The notes under the pieces are model-generated. The model was not told the origin of the DNA. It worked only from the letters and a program-made list of their open reading frames with translations, and ran no database searches. A DNA stretch of 64,000 bases from Spirochaetia bacterium (lineage in GTDB: Bacteria > Spirochaetota > Spirochaetia > CADAEX01), in contig JAZURI010000002.1 of assembly GCA_045606105.1 (NCBI GenBank), forward strand, positions 155,230-219,229. The letters are read 5' to 3'. Positions 10,204-19,386 of the stretch are shown piece by piece. Made by a program: the position numbers and the translations under genes. How positions within the stretch are numbered: position 1 is the stretch's first letter; each line of letters starts with the position of its first letter.

Positions 10204-10307
10204 ATTTTTATAATATTATTTTATTCCAAATTTTTCAATAAAACTATTTTATTTAATCACCTTTTATGATAAATTTTACTAAAATTTTTATATTAAAGAA
10301 GTGAAAT

Positions 10308-11333
10308 ATGGAAAAGAAAAACATTGATTGGGGAAATCTCGGATTTTCCTATATGCCTACTGACAAGAGATTTGTTTCGAATTTTAAGGACGGAGCCTGG
10401 GATGAGGGTGAAATTACAGCAGATTCAACAGTAAAAATCACTGAATGTGCAGGTGTGTTCCAGTATGCCCAGACATGCTTTGAGGGTCTTAAAGCTTACA
10501 CAACAGAAGACGGAAGTATCGTTACATTCCGCCCGGATCTCAACGCACAGAGAATGGAAGACAGTGCAAAAAGACTTGAAATGCCCCCTTTTCCAAAAGA
10601 TCGTTTCATTCAGGCTGTAATTGATACAGTCAAAGCAAACGAAGCTTATGTTCCGCCGTACGGTTCAGGAGCAACTCTTTATATCAGACCTAACATGTTT
10701 GCAAGCAGCGCCGTTATCGGTGTAAAGCCGGCAGATGAATACCAGTTCAGAATTTTTGTTACCCCTGTAGGACCTTACTTCAAGGGCGGTGTAAAGCCTC
10801 TTACACTCAGAGTATGTGATCTTGACAGAGCAGCACCTCACGGAACAGGACACATCAAGGCAGGACTCAACTATGCAATGAGCCTCCATGCAATCGTGGA
10901 TGCACACAACAAGGGTTTTGACGAGAACATGTATCTCGATTCCAAGACAAGATCTTTTGTTGAGGAAACAGGCGGAGCCAACTTCCTTTTTGTAACCAAG
11001 GACAACAAGGTTGTAACACCTAAGTCAAACACAATTCTCCCTTCAATCACAAGAAGATCTCTTATGATCGTAGCAAAGGATTACCTCGGTCTTGAAGTTG
11101 AAGAAAGAGAAATTTCCGTTAACGAACTCAGTGAATTTGCTGAATGCGGACTCTGCGGTACAGCTGCAGTTATCTCTCCTGTGGGCAAGATCATTGACCA
11201 CGGCAAGGAAATCTGCTTCCCAAGCGGAATGAGCGAAATGGGACCTGTAACAAAGAAACTTTACGATACACTTACCGGAATCCAGATGGGCAGAATCGAA
11301 GCTCCTGAAGGATGGATTGTAAAGATCAAATAA
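10308..11333 (+). CDS. ilvE: Branched-chain amino acid aminotransferase
   Basis: 341 aa. PLP fold-type IV signatures (FEGLKAY, GTGHIKAGLNYAMSL, ETGGANFLFV, ILPSITRRS). Confidence 0.85.
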   Translation: MEKKNIDWGNLGFSYMPTDKRFVSNFKDGAWDEGEITADSTVKITECAGVFQYAQTCFEGLKAYTTEDGSIVTFRPDLNAQRMEDSAKRLEMPPFPKDRFIQAVIDTVKANEAYVPPYGSGATLYIRPNMFASSAVIGVKPADEYQFRIFVTPVGPYFKGGVKPLTLRVCDLDRAAPHGTGHIKAGLNYAMSLHAIVDAHNKGFDENMYLDSKTRSFVEETGGANFLFVTKDNKVVTPKSNTILPSITRRSLMIVAKDYLGLEVEEREISVNELSEFAECGLCGTAAVISPVGKIIDHGKEICFPSGMSEMGPVTKKLYDTLTGIQMGRIEAPEGWIVKIK

Positions 11334-11336
11334 TTT

Positions 11337-12356
11337 TTAAGGATAATTTTTCCTGAAAGCCATTACCTTGGACATGATATTCAAAGAAAGGTCTGAGGTA
11401 ATGCCTTCTTTCAGATAATGGTAGCCCAGCCCTGCAATCATGGCACCGTTGTCACCGCACAGCTTCATTGACGGAATATAGACCTCGTACCCTTTTTCGG
11501 AAAGGCTGTTCAGGGATTTTCTGAGATAGGAATTGGCTGCAACCCCTCCCCCCGTAACAATCCTGCTGAGACCGGCATCTCCTGCCGCTTTCTTAAGTCT
11601 TCTTATAAGCATGTCTATTGCTGTTTTCTGGAATGATGCCGCAATATTCTCAGGGGAATCCTCGTATCCCGGCCTCCTGAACTGATGAATCTGGTTGATG
11701 ACCGCTGTTTTGAGACCTGAATAGGAAACATCGTACTTATGCTCCCCCTTATGAAGGGAAGGATCCGGAAACGCATAGGCATTGCTGTCACCGGCCTGAG
11801 CCATCCTGTCTATTATCAAGCCGCCCGGATATCCCCAGCCGTAGAATTTGGCAATCTTGTCAAAGGCCTCACCGCAGGCATCATCTATGGTGGTTCCCAT
11901 AATTTTCATGGAATCGTAGCTTTCTACCACGGCAATGATGGTATGTCCTCCAGAAACCAGAAGCGCCATGTGAGGATACGGAATATCGTACTCCAGATGG
12001 GCGGCATGGATATGGGCATAGATATGGTCTATTCCCACAAACGGTATACCGGAGGCAAAGGAAAGGGATTTCGCATAGGAAAGCCCCACCAGCAGGGAGC
12101 CTGCCAGCCCCGGTCTTGCTGTTACCGCAATACCGTCTATATCACTGAGCTTCATGCCGGCTTCGTCCAGGGAGGTCCTGATGACTCCCTTAATCCACTC
12201 CACATGGGTACGTGAAGCAATTTCCGGTACCACACCCATGAAAGGCTTATGTATATCAATCTGAGTAGCAACTACGTTTGAAAGAATTTTCTTGCCGTCT
12301 GCAACAACTGCTGCGGAGCATTCATCACAGGAGGACTCTATTCCGAGAATGTTCAA
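11337..12356 (-). CDS. tsaD: tRNA N6-adenosine threonylcarbamoyltransferase
   Basis: 339 aa. MNILGIESSCDECSAAVV and HMALLVSGGHT match the Kae1/TsaD motifs. Confidence 0.9.
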   Translation of the reverse strand: MNILGIESSCDECSAAVVADGKKILSNVVATQIDIHKPFMGVVPEIASRTHVEWIKGVIRTSLDEAGMKLSDIDGIAVTARPGLAGSLLVGLSYAKSLSFASGIPFVGIDHIYAHIHAAHLEYDIPYPHMALLVSGGHTIIAVVESYDSMKIMGTTIDDACGEAFDKIAKFYGWGYPGGLIIDRMAQAGDSNAYAFPDPSLHKGEHKYDVSYSGLKTAVINQIHQFRRPGYEDSPENIAASFQKTAIDMLIRRLKKAAGDAGLSRIVTGGGVAANSYLRKSLNSLSEKGYEVYIPSMKLCGDNGAMIAGLGYHYLKEGITSDLSLNIMSKVMAFRKNYP

Positions 12357-12361
12357 CTGAT

Positions 12362-13240
12362 TTATTCCTTATCTTTTAATATAAAAAAATCGGATACGGA
12401 GCCGAAGCAATAACCCTCCTCAATGAAGTCAGGATAGATTTCAAGCATTGTTTCTGCCAGCTCGGAAGCCCATACATGGCCTATCATTACGGCATAACCC
12501 TTCTTGTCTGCTATTTCCTTACCCTGATTTATTGCTTCCATTATTTTTTCCTTGGTATCGATATTATCCAAAAATACATCCCTTTTTACAATGGCAAGAC
12601 CCTTTTTTTCAGCTATCTCACCGCATACGGATTTTGAGTGGGTGAAACTGTCCACAAAGAAAATACCCCTCTCCCCGACTACTTCAAGCACCGCATCCAT
12701 AACCCGTCTGTCTATGGTTGCCGCAGATCCCATATGATTGTTCACCCCCACAATGTGAGGAACGGAATCCAGGTTTTTCCTGAAGGTGGACCTGATTTCC
12801 TCATCACTCATGGAAACATAGATTGCTCCCGGACCGGGATCGTTCTTTCCTACAGCTTCCATAGGCTGATGAAGCATTACGGTTTTTCCTGCCTTATGCA
12901 CCATTTCTGCAGCCTCTTCGGAATGGGCCAGATGAGGCAGAACAGCAACTGTCAGCTTGCCCGGAAACCGGAGAAAAGGCTCAAGCTGTCCGATATTGTG
13001 TCCCCCGTCGTCAAGTATTATGTAAATCATTTTCTTGGGCTCTTCCTGAGGGGCAGGTATTTCAGGCTCAGGAACAGGTGTCACCGGTGTTTCGGGAACT
13101 GCCGGGGGAATGACCGGCAGCTCTCCTGCAGGGGATGAAACCTCGGATTTCGGCGAATACAGTATTACGGCAACAATAAGTATCAAAGCAACGGCAATCG
13201 CAATACCGGCTAAAAGCAAAGGTTTGTTGTTCTTTTCCAA
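12362..13240 (-). CDS. Divergent polysaccharide deacetylase family protein (YibQ-like), membrane anchored
   Basis: 292 aa. N-terminal TM segment, Pro-rich linker, then a YibQ-type domain (IILDDGGHN...VGVNNHMGSAAT). Confidence 0.7.
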   Translation of the reverse strand: MEKNNKPLLLAGIAIAVALILIVAVILYSPKSEVSSPAGELPVIPPAVPETPVTPVPEPEIPAPQEEPKKMIYIILDDGGHNIGQLEPFLRFPGKLTVAVLPHLAHSEEAAEMVHKAGKTVMLHQPMEAVGKNDPGPGAIYVSMSDEEIRSTFRKNLDSVPHIVGVNNHMGSAATIDRRVMDAVLEVVGERGIFFVDSFTHSKSVCGEIAEKKGLAIVKRDVFLDNIDTKEKIMEAINQGKEIADKKGYAVMIGHVWASELAETMLEIYPDFIEEGYCFGSVSDFFILKDKE

Positions 13241-13283
13241 GATTTCTGCTCCCTTATATTATATTATACAAACAAAAATTCCA

Positions 13284-13958
13284 TTAAGCAAGGGAATAAA
13301 AGAATTCGCGGATTTCACGCCCTTTTGCAACACCCTTGGTTTCAAATTTTGTAACCGGTCTCCAGGGTGCGGCTCCGGCAGCTTTAACCAGACCCGGCTC
13401 CCCTTCCAGTACCTTATGCATCTGCTCTGCATAATCGGCCCAGTCGGTAACTGTATAGACATATCCTCCGGCCTTCAGCTTCCGTACCATGAAGGAGGCA
13501 AAGCTGCTGTTTATGAGTCTTCTCTTGTTATGCTTCTTCTTCTGCCACGGATCGGGAAAAAAAATATGGAAACCGGCAAGAGAGCTGTCATCAATCATGT
13601 TTTCCAGGATTTCGCAGGCATCGTGATTCATCACCCTGACATTGGAAAGTCCCTTTTCATGAACCATGTTGAGCAGAGCCCCCACTCCGGGAGGATAGAC
13701 ATCAACAGCTATGATATTGACCGACGGATTCCTTTCTGCCATCTGCCATGTGGCGGTACCGTCACCGAAGCCTATTTCCATAACCACGGGATTTGAATTT
13801 CCGAACACCCGGGTAAAATCAAGCTTTTTCCCCTCTTCAAAGGGAATGCCGTAGAGAGCTGTATAGTTGTCCATGGCATTGCGCTGAAGATTTGTCATAC
13901 GACCGCTTCTGACGATAAAGCTTTTTATTGTCTTAATATATTTCTTTTCCTCTTCCAT
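13284..13958 (-). CDS. trmB: tRNA (guanine46-N7)-methyltransferase
   Basis: 224 aa. VMEIGFGDGTATWQMAE SAM motif and the DPWQKKKH motif. Confidence 0.85.
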   Translation of the reverse strand: MEEEKKYIKTIKSFIVRSGRMTNLQRNAMDNYTALYGIPFEEGKKLDFTRVFGNSNPVVMEIGFGDGTATWQMAERNPSVNIIAVDVYPPGVGALLNMVHEKGLSNVRVMNHDACEILENMIDDSSLAGFHIFFPDPWQKKKHNKRRLINSSFASFMVRKLKAGGYVYTVTDWADYAEQMHKVLEGEPGLVKAAGAAPWRPVTKFETKGVAKGREIREFFYSLA

Positions 13959-13971
13959 ATTTCCTCTGAAA

Positions 13972-16900
13972 CTACAGGAGTCTTGTAAGATTGTCCCTGA
14001 TAAAGGCCGATTTTTCCTTCAGGTCTATAAGATCTGTCTTCATCATAAGATTATTCGGTCTGTCGGGAGCCAGTTTTATCTTGCCCCCTCCTTCCGTAAC
14101 AAGCCTGACAACCTTGTCTATTGATATCATCGACATTCTGGCAAAGGTAATCACTATCTCCCCTCTTTTCTCCCTGAGGGACGAAATCTGAAGCTTTGTA
14201 CAGAGTATCCTGATTTCTGCCAATGAAACAAGACTCTCTACCTCGTCCGGTATCGGACCGAACCGGTCCTCCATTTCGGTACAGATTATACCAAGCTCAC
14301 CATCCGAGGTGACACCTGCGATTTTCTTGTATATTTCCAGCTTTTCCGACTGATCCCTGATATAGGAATCGGGAATATAGCCGCTGTATTCCAGCTCAAG
14401 GTAGACATCGCCTGTCCTTATCTCATCCTTCTTGTGCTCCAGCTCTCCCACAGCCTCGTCGATAAGGCGGAGATACATGTCAAAGCCTACGGAGCTGATT
14501 TCACCGCTCTGGTCACGCCCCAGCAGGTTTCCGGCACCGCGGACCTCCAGGTCCTTCATTGCCACCTTGAAGCCGGCTCCCAGTCCCGTATTGTCCGAAA
14601 TGATACGGAGTCTTTTCATGGCAATTTCAGAAATGGCCAGATGATCAGGATAAAGAAGATAGGCATAGGCCAGCCGGTCAGACCTTCCTACGCGTCCCCT
14701 GAGCTGATACAGCTGGGAAATACCGTACATGTCGGCCCTGTCTATGATAATGGTGTTTACATTGGGAATATCTATACCGTTTTCAATTATGGTGGTGGAG
14801 ATAAGGACATGGATTCCCTTGTTTATGAACCTGTCCATTACATCCTCCAGCTCCTGTCCGCTCATCTTTCCGTGGGCAGTTTCCATGGTAAGCTCAGGGA
14901 TAAGGCTTTCCAGATACAGGCGTACCTCATCCAGGGTTTCTACCCTGTTGTGAAGATAGAAAACCTGTCCGCCCCGTTCTATTTCACGGGTAATGGCTTT
15001 CCGGACCACATCCTCGCTGTAGGGCTCCACAAAGGTCTCTATAGGTCTTCTGTTTCTCGGCGGTGTCTCCAGTACGGAAAGGTCGCGGATTTTGAGAAGC
15101 GACATGTGGAGTGTTCTCGGAATCGGAGTGGCCGAAAGGGTAAGACAGTCCACCGAGGTCTTCAGTTCCTTCATTTTTTCCTTGTCCTTAACCCCGAACC
15201 GCTGCTCCTCATCTATGACCATAAGGCCCAGATTCCTGAAAGCCACATCCTTCTGGAGGATACGGTGGGTTCCTATGATTATGTCGGCCCGGCCTGTTTT
15301 AAGCTCCTCTATTACAGCCTTCTGCTCCTGTCTCGGTACAAAACGGGAAAGAAGACGGACCGTAACCGGGAAATTGCCGAAACGCTCCTTGAAATTGTTG
15401 TAATGCTGCTCTGCCAGAATGGTTGTAGGACAAAGGAACGCAACCTGCTTGCCGCCGTCCACAGCCTTGAAAACGGCACGCATGGCTATTTCTGTCTTTC
15501 CGTAGCCCACATCGCCGCACACCAGCCTGTCCATAGGGAAGGAGCTTTCCATATCGCTCTTGACCTCATCTATGCAACGGAGCTGATCCTCTGTTTCGTC
15601 ATACGGAAAGGCAGCCTCAAACTGAATCTGCATGTCACTGTCGGCAGGAAATGAATACCCGGTGGCATTCTTCCTTCTGGAATAGAGCTTAATAAGCCGT
15701 TTTGCCAGATCCTCGGCCGCTTTTTTTGCCTTGTTCTTTCTGGCCTCCCAGGATTTTCCCCCTATACGGTCCAGCCGCGGGGATGCCCCCTCCGAACCGA
15801 TATAGCGCTGAACCAGGTTAACCTGTTCGATGGGAATGTAGAGGGTTTCCTCTTCGGCATATTCAATCTTTATATAATCTCTTTCGGTAGTACTGTTACT
15901 GATTCTGTCGATACCGATAAACCGTCCGATTCCGTAGTTTACATGAACTACGAAGTCCCCCTTGTTAAGCTCCACAAAGGAATCTATAGGACGGCTTTTT
16001 GCCCTCTTTACAGAGGCGGGTACCCTTTTCTTCCTGCCGAAAATCTCATTTTCCTGAATAGCCATGATATGACTGTCCGGAAGCACGAAGCCGCCCGATA
16101 TATAGCCGTTGATTACCTCAAGGTCAAGATCCTCAAGGATTTTCCTGATTCTGGAGGCCTGGGTTTCGGAATTGGAAAAAATATAGATTCTGTATCCGTT
16201 GGAAGCAAGAAGACGGAGCTCATCCTTAAGAAATGCAAAATTACCGAAAAAGGAACGACCCTGCTCATAACTGTAACGGATTATGTCCCGTCCCCCCTCC
16301 CGGGAATTTGCCAGTACGGGAAAATATATCTTTCTTTCAGATTTTTTTTCCAGAGAGTCGAAATCAATGAGTATTTTTCTGATTTCAGGGGGATTTTCAA
16401 AGGTTTTTCTTCCGAACTGACGGTAAAGGGACTTATATTCCTCCTCCATGGTCCTGCCTCTTCCGGGAAGAAGCTCGCTGTCAATCATAAGAAGAGTGGA
16501 AAATTCAGGAAGATACCCCAGAATGTTATCCGTTTTTTCAAAGGTAAGGGGAAAGATATACTCCTCGCCCGGTGCCTCTCCATGGGTTTTCAGACCTGAA
16601 AGAGCCTCCTTGGTAAAAAAGTCCATGCTTTCAGCTTTATCAATGTTTTCCTTTTTCCAGATAATTTCCCTGCAGGGAGGAATAAGGATATCGGTAAATT
16701 TTCCGGATGATTTCTGGGTTATGGGATCCAGCCCGGTTATTTTCTCAATTTCGTCAAAATCCAGAACAACACGGATTGCTTCGTCACTTCCAAAGGGAAA
16801 AAAATCAAAGACCTCTCCCCTGAGGGCAAAATCTCCTGCCACAGTAACCTTGGGAACCCTGATATAACCGCACTCCTGCATGTTATGCTCAAGCTTTTCA

Positions 16901-17358
16901 ACATTTATGCTGTCCCCTTTTCTCAGCCTGCAGATATGCTTCCGGATAAAATCGGCCGGTACCATGGGGGTAAGGAAGGCATCCACAGAGGTTACAACCA
17001 CCCTTTTCGGATCTGTCAGAATGGAGGCAATGGCTTTCATCCTGTCGCTGAAGTTCCTTGTACCCGGGCTGTCCCCTTTATAAGGAAGGGTGTTCCAGGC
17101 AGGGAGCAGGACCGCCTTTTCCGAAACCAGGGAAATATCGCTGAAAAACAGCTCTGCCTCTCTTTCCGTAGGGAGAACCGCAAGAAGGGTCCCCTTTGAA
17201 TAGCGGAGAAGATCGTCAATGACCACAGCCAGAGGCAGCTTCCTGATTCCCGATACGGTAATAGGAAACTTTCTGTCAATAAAGGCATTCACAAGAGTTT
17301 CGTGGGTAATCTGGGAATTATATATCTTTTTCAGTTCAGTTAAAAAATTTTCAGTCAT
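13972..17358 (-). CDS. mfd: Transcription-repair coupling factor
   Basis: 1128 aa. UvrB-like N-terminal region, RNAP-interacting domain, and a superfamily-2 helicase core (GDVGYGKTE, DEEQRFG). Confidence 0.9.
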   Translation of the reverse strand: MTENFLTELKKIYNSQITHETLVNAFIDRKFPITVSGIRKLPLAVVIDDLLRYSKGTLLAVLPTEREAELFFSDISLVSEKAVLLPAWNTLPYKGDSPGTRNFSDRMKAIASILTDPKRVVVTSVDAFLTPMVPADFIRKHICRLRKGDSINVEKLEHNMQECGYIRVPKVTVAGDFALRGEVFDFFPFGSDEAIRVVLDFDEIEKITGLDPITQKSSGKFTDILIPPCREIIWKKENIDKAESMDFFTKEALSGLKTHGEAPGEEYIFPLTFEKTDNILGYLPEFSTLLMIDSELLPGRGRTMEEEYKSLYRQFGRKTFENPPEIRKILIDFDSLEKKSERKIYFPVLANSREGGRDIIRYSYEQGRSFFGNFAFLKDELRLLASNGYRIYIFSNSETQASRIRKILEDLDLEVINGYISGGFVLPDSHIMAIQENEIFGRKKRVPASVKRAKSRPIDSFVELNKGDFVVHVNYGIGRFIGIDRISNSTTERDYIKIEYAEEETLYIPIEQVNLVQRYIGSEGASPRLDRIGGKSWEARKNKAKKAAEDLAKRLIKLYSRRKNATGYSFPADSDMQIQFEAAFPYDETEDQLRCIDEVKSDMESSFPMDRLVCGDVGYGKTEIAMRAVFKAVDGGKQVAFLCPTTILAEQHYNNFKERFGNFPVTVRLLSRFVPRQEQKAVIEELKTGRADIIIGTHRILQKDVAFRNLGLMVIDEEQRFGVKDKEKMKELKTSVDCLTLSATPIPRTLHMSLLKIRDLSVLETPPRNRRPIETFVEPYSEDVVRKAITREIERGGQVFYLHNRVETLDEVRLYLESLIPELTMETAHGKMSGQELEDVMDRFINKGIHVLISTTIIENGIDIPNVNTIIIDRADMYGISQLYQLRGRVGRSDRLAYAYLLYPDHLAISEIAMKRLRIISDNTGLGAGFKVAMKDLEVRGAGNLLGRDQSGEISSVGFDMYLRLIDEAVGELEHKKDEIRTGDVYLELEYSGYIPDSYIRDQSEKLEIYKKIAGVTSDGELGIICTEMEDRFGPIPDEVESLVSLAEIRILCTKLQISSLREKRGEIVITFARMSMISIDKVVRLVTEGGGKIKLAPDRPNNLMMKTDLIDLKEKSAFIRDNLTRLL

Positions 17359-17474
17359 GTATATTGATGACAGTATAAATATTACTTGGTTAATTTACAA
17401 TAAAGAGCAATAATTTTTTAATTTTAATATGGATATTATGAAAGATATGTGGGATAATCCAATCAGGTGTTCAG

Positions 17475-18149
17475 ATGAAAATTCTTTGTATAGCTGAAAA
17501 CAGAAACCTGAGATATGCCATAGAGCAGATACTGGGCAGCAATGAAAACTCACTTGTCTTTGCAGAGGATCCGCTGGCAGAAACCGAAAGGCTCAGGAGC
17601 TGCAGTCCCGATATCATTCTCATGAACTTTGAAGATTATCCCCTTCACTGGAAGCCGTTTCTGATCATGGCAGACCGGATTCTGGAGGGAGGCTACAGAT
17701 TCATTCTCCTGACCGGAAGAACATTCCTTATTGAAGAGAGCACTGCGGCAGAGTACCTTGGAGCAGAGCTGATTCCGTGGAATACGGAGGTCAGATTTTT
17801 CAGAGGAGAGCTGAGAAAGGCTGTAACAGGGACATATCCTGTCAGAAAAAAACAGGGAAGCCTTCCAAAGGCTGATTTTGCATTCATGCTTCCCGGCAGC
17901 TGCGAGATGATTTTTGCAGAGCGGGTATGGCAGCTTTCAGACCGGGATATTGTCTTTACCCTGGAAAAGGAAAAATCAAGACAGCTTTCCGAAACGGGAG
18001 AAATCCACAACTGTATTCTGAGACTGGGCAATGAAATCATCAGACCGGCATGCAGGGTGGAATCCATAGGAAAAAACATCAGGATGCTCTTCACCTCAAT
18101 CACGGACTCTGAAAAAGAGAAAATAAACAACAGCTTTACATATATCTGA
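17475..18149 (+). CDS. Hypothetical protein with a degenerate receiver-like N-domain and a possibly PilZ-like C-domain
   Basis: 224 aa. The N-terminal ~120 aa has CheY-like beta/alpha periodicity, but the acidic pocket is replaced (KILCIAEN; DIILMNFEDYP carries N where the phospho-Asp should be). The C-terminal part contains an SxxG-type motif. Confidence 0.4.
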   Translation: MKILCIAENRNLRYAIEQILGSNENSLVFAEDPLAETERLRSCSPDIILMNFEDYPLHWKPFLIMADRILEGGYRFILLTGRTFLIEESTAAEYLGAELIPWNTEVRFFRGELRKAVTGTYPVRKKQGSLPKADFAFMLPGSCEMIFAERVWQLSDRDIVFTLEKEKSRQLSETGEIHNCILRLGNEIIRPACRVESIGKNIRMLFTSITDSEKEKINNSFTYI

Positions 18150-19133
18150 TCAGAAAATCATATAGGATTCGATGGAATTATCCTTCAGAAGCAATACTGT
18201 ATTGTTCACATCCATCCCTTCCGTTACGGGAATAATGACCTTGTACATTTTATTTCCGTTGGCAGGAACGGTATTTATTACAGCCTTCAGATTCAGTTCT
18301 GCAATCTTTTTCTTCATGCTGTCGGCATTTTCCATGCTGCTGAAGGAACCGACCTGAATGGCAGACGGTACGGCAATGGTCTTCTCCTCCTCGGTGCCGG
18401 AAATATCGGCATCGGCAGGAAGCTTTTCTTCGTTTTTAACGCCTGCAGGTACATATCCTGAATCGATGAAAATCCTTGACGGGGTAACGGGAAAAGAGCT
18501 CTCCCGTGCTGCCAGCTTCCCCTCAAAGCCCGATTTCCTGAGCTTTTTCTCCGCAGCTGTGCGAGTATCCTCGATTCCGTATACTGTGGCAATATCGTAA
18601 ACCAGATATACCTCTGAGCTTTCCGATGCTCCGGCCAGTACGGCATCCAGAAGAGCTTTTCCTCCGGCATTGTCCCCCTTGTAGAAAAGCAGGGCTCCCT
18701 TCATGGCAGTCGCCTTCCTGCCGTAGGTATCTGTATCCCCCTCTGCAACAATTCCGAACATTTTTTCAGCCTGCTCTGTCTTGCCTGTTTCGTGGTATAT
18801 GACACCTGCCATATAGAGATTGTCATAGGATTTAGGGCTGACTCCGTAGGCCCTCTCATAGTAGCTGCATGCAGTTTCCAGGTTTCCGGTAACATGGGCC
18901 AGATCTGCAGTTGCCCGGTAAATGCGGTATTTGTCGGTAATCCTTGCGGAACAGAAATTAACAGCCTCGATTATCCTGGACGGAGACTTTTCCAGAACAA
19001 ATATACGGTCCAGTGCCTTATCGGGACTGATTTCGGTATTACGGAGCTGCTTGTAACAGTCGCTTAATTCGTCACCGTAGAGAGGAGATGAGAGTAAAAG
19101 AAATATTATGAGAATTTCAGATAGTCTTTTCAT
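18150..19133 (-). CDS. Secreted TPR-repeat protein with a C-terminal SPOR (peptidoglycan-binding) domain
   Basis: I started at the internal ATG (MKRLSEILIIFLLLSSPLYG signal peptide). TPR-like repeats in the middle. The C-terminus AIQVGSFSSMENADSMKKKIAELNLKAVINTV...YKVIIPVT fits the SPOR domain consensus. Confidence 0.65.
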   Translation of the reverse strand: MKRLSEILIIFLLLSSPLYGDELSDCYKQLRNTEISPDKALDRIFVLEKSPSRIIEAVNFCSARITDKYRIYRATADLAHVTGNLETACSYYERAYGVSPKSYDNLYMAGVIYHETGKTEQAEKMFGIVAEGDTDTYGRKATAMKGALLFYKGDNAGGKALLDAVLAGASESSEVYLVYDIATVYGIEDTRTAAEKKLRKSGFEGKLAARESSFPVTPSRIFIDSGYVPAGVKNEEKLPADADISGTEEEKTIAVPSAIQVGSFSSMENADSMKKKIAELNLKAVINTVPANGNKMYKVIIPVTEGMDVNNTVLLLKDNSIESYMIF

Positions 19134-19386
19134 CCTTGATTTCTTCTTTTTTATCCTTTTTCTTTTCCTTTTCCTTTTTTTCCTTATTCTTGGTCTTTGA
19201 AGTAAAAACAAAAGGGAGCATAAACAGAGCACCCAGAGCAAAGGAAACAGTTACCGAAAGAAAAATCGGAACATTGCTTATTTTCCTGAATCCGAAATTG
19301 ATATCTGTGACATTGGACAGATTCATTGCGGCAAACAGGGCATATATACAGATAAATATTACAAAAACTATCATTTTTCCTTTCAT
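19117..19386 (-). CDS. Small membrane protein (two TM) with a Lys/Glu-rich C-terminal tail
   Basis: 89 aa: MKGKMIVFVIFICIYALFAAMN...FVFTSKTKNKEKKEKEKKKDKKEEIKDEKTI. Its start overlaps the miaB stop by 4 nt, which suggests translational coupling. The tail is encoded by the polypurine tract. Confidence 0.5.
   Translation of the reverse strand: MKGKMIVFVIFICIYALFAAMNLSNVTDINFGFRKISNVPIFLSVTVSFALGALFMLPFVFTSKTKNKEKKEKEKKKDKKEEIKDEKTI

Noticed and set aside
10204-10307. AT-rich gap upstream of ilvE as a possible T-box or attenuator leader.
   Set aside because: It is only about 100 nt, with no recognisable specifier/antiterminator structure or leader peptide. It is most simply a promoter region shared with the divergent membrane-protein operon.
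14434-15654. Long plus-strand ORF (406 aa) inside mfd. Similar long antisense ORFs occur at 55776..57068 (430 aa, opposite udg/truA), 26365..27201 (opposite secA), 43650..44399 (opposite glyQS) and 24676..25500 (opposite secA).
   Set aside because: They lie entirely antisense to strongly supported conserved genes and have no recognisable motifs and odd composition. I take them as shadow ORFs produced by the codon bias of the real genes.
19134-19241. N-terminal extension MLWVLCLCSLLFLLQRPRIRKKRKRKRKRIKKKKSR on the TPR-SPOR ORF, from a TTG start.
   Set aside because: It is a low-complexity translation of the polypurine tract. A good signal peptide begins at the internal ATG (MKRLSEILIIFLLL...), and another frame of the same tract encodes a sensible KE-rich tail of the upstream small protein.
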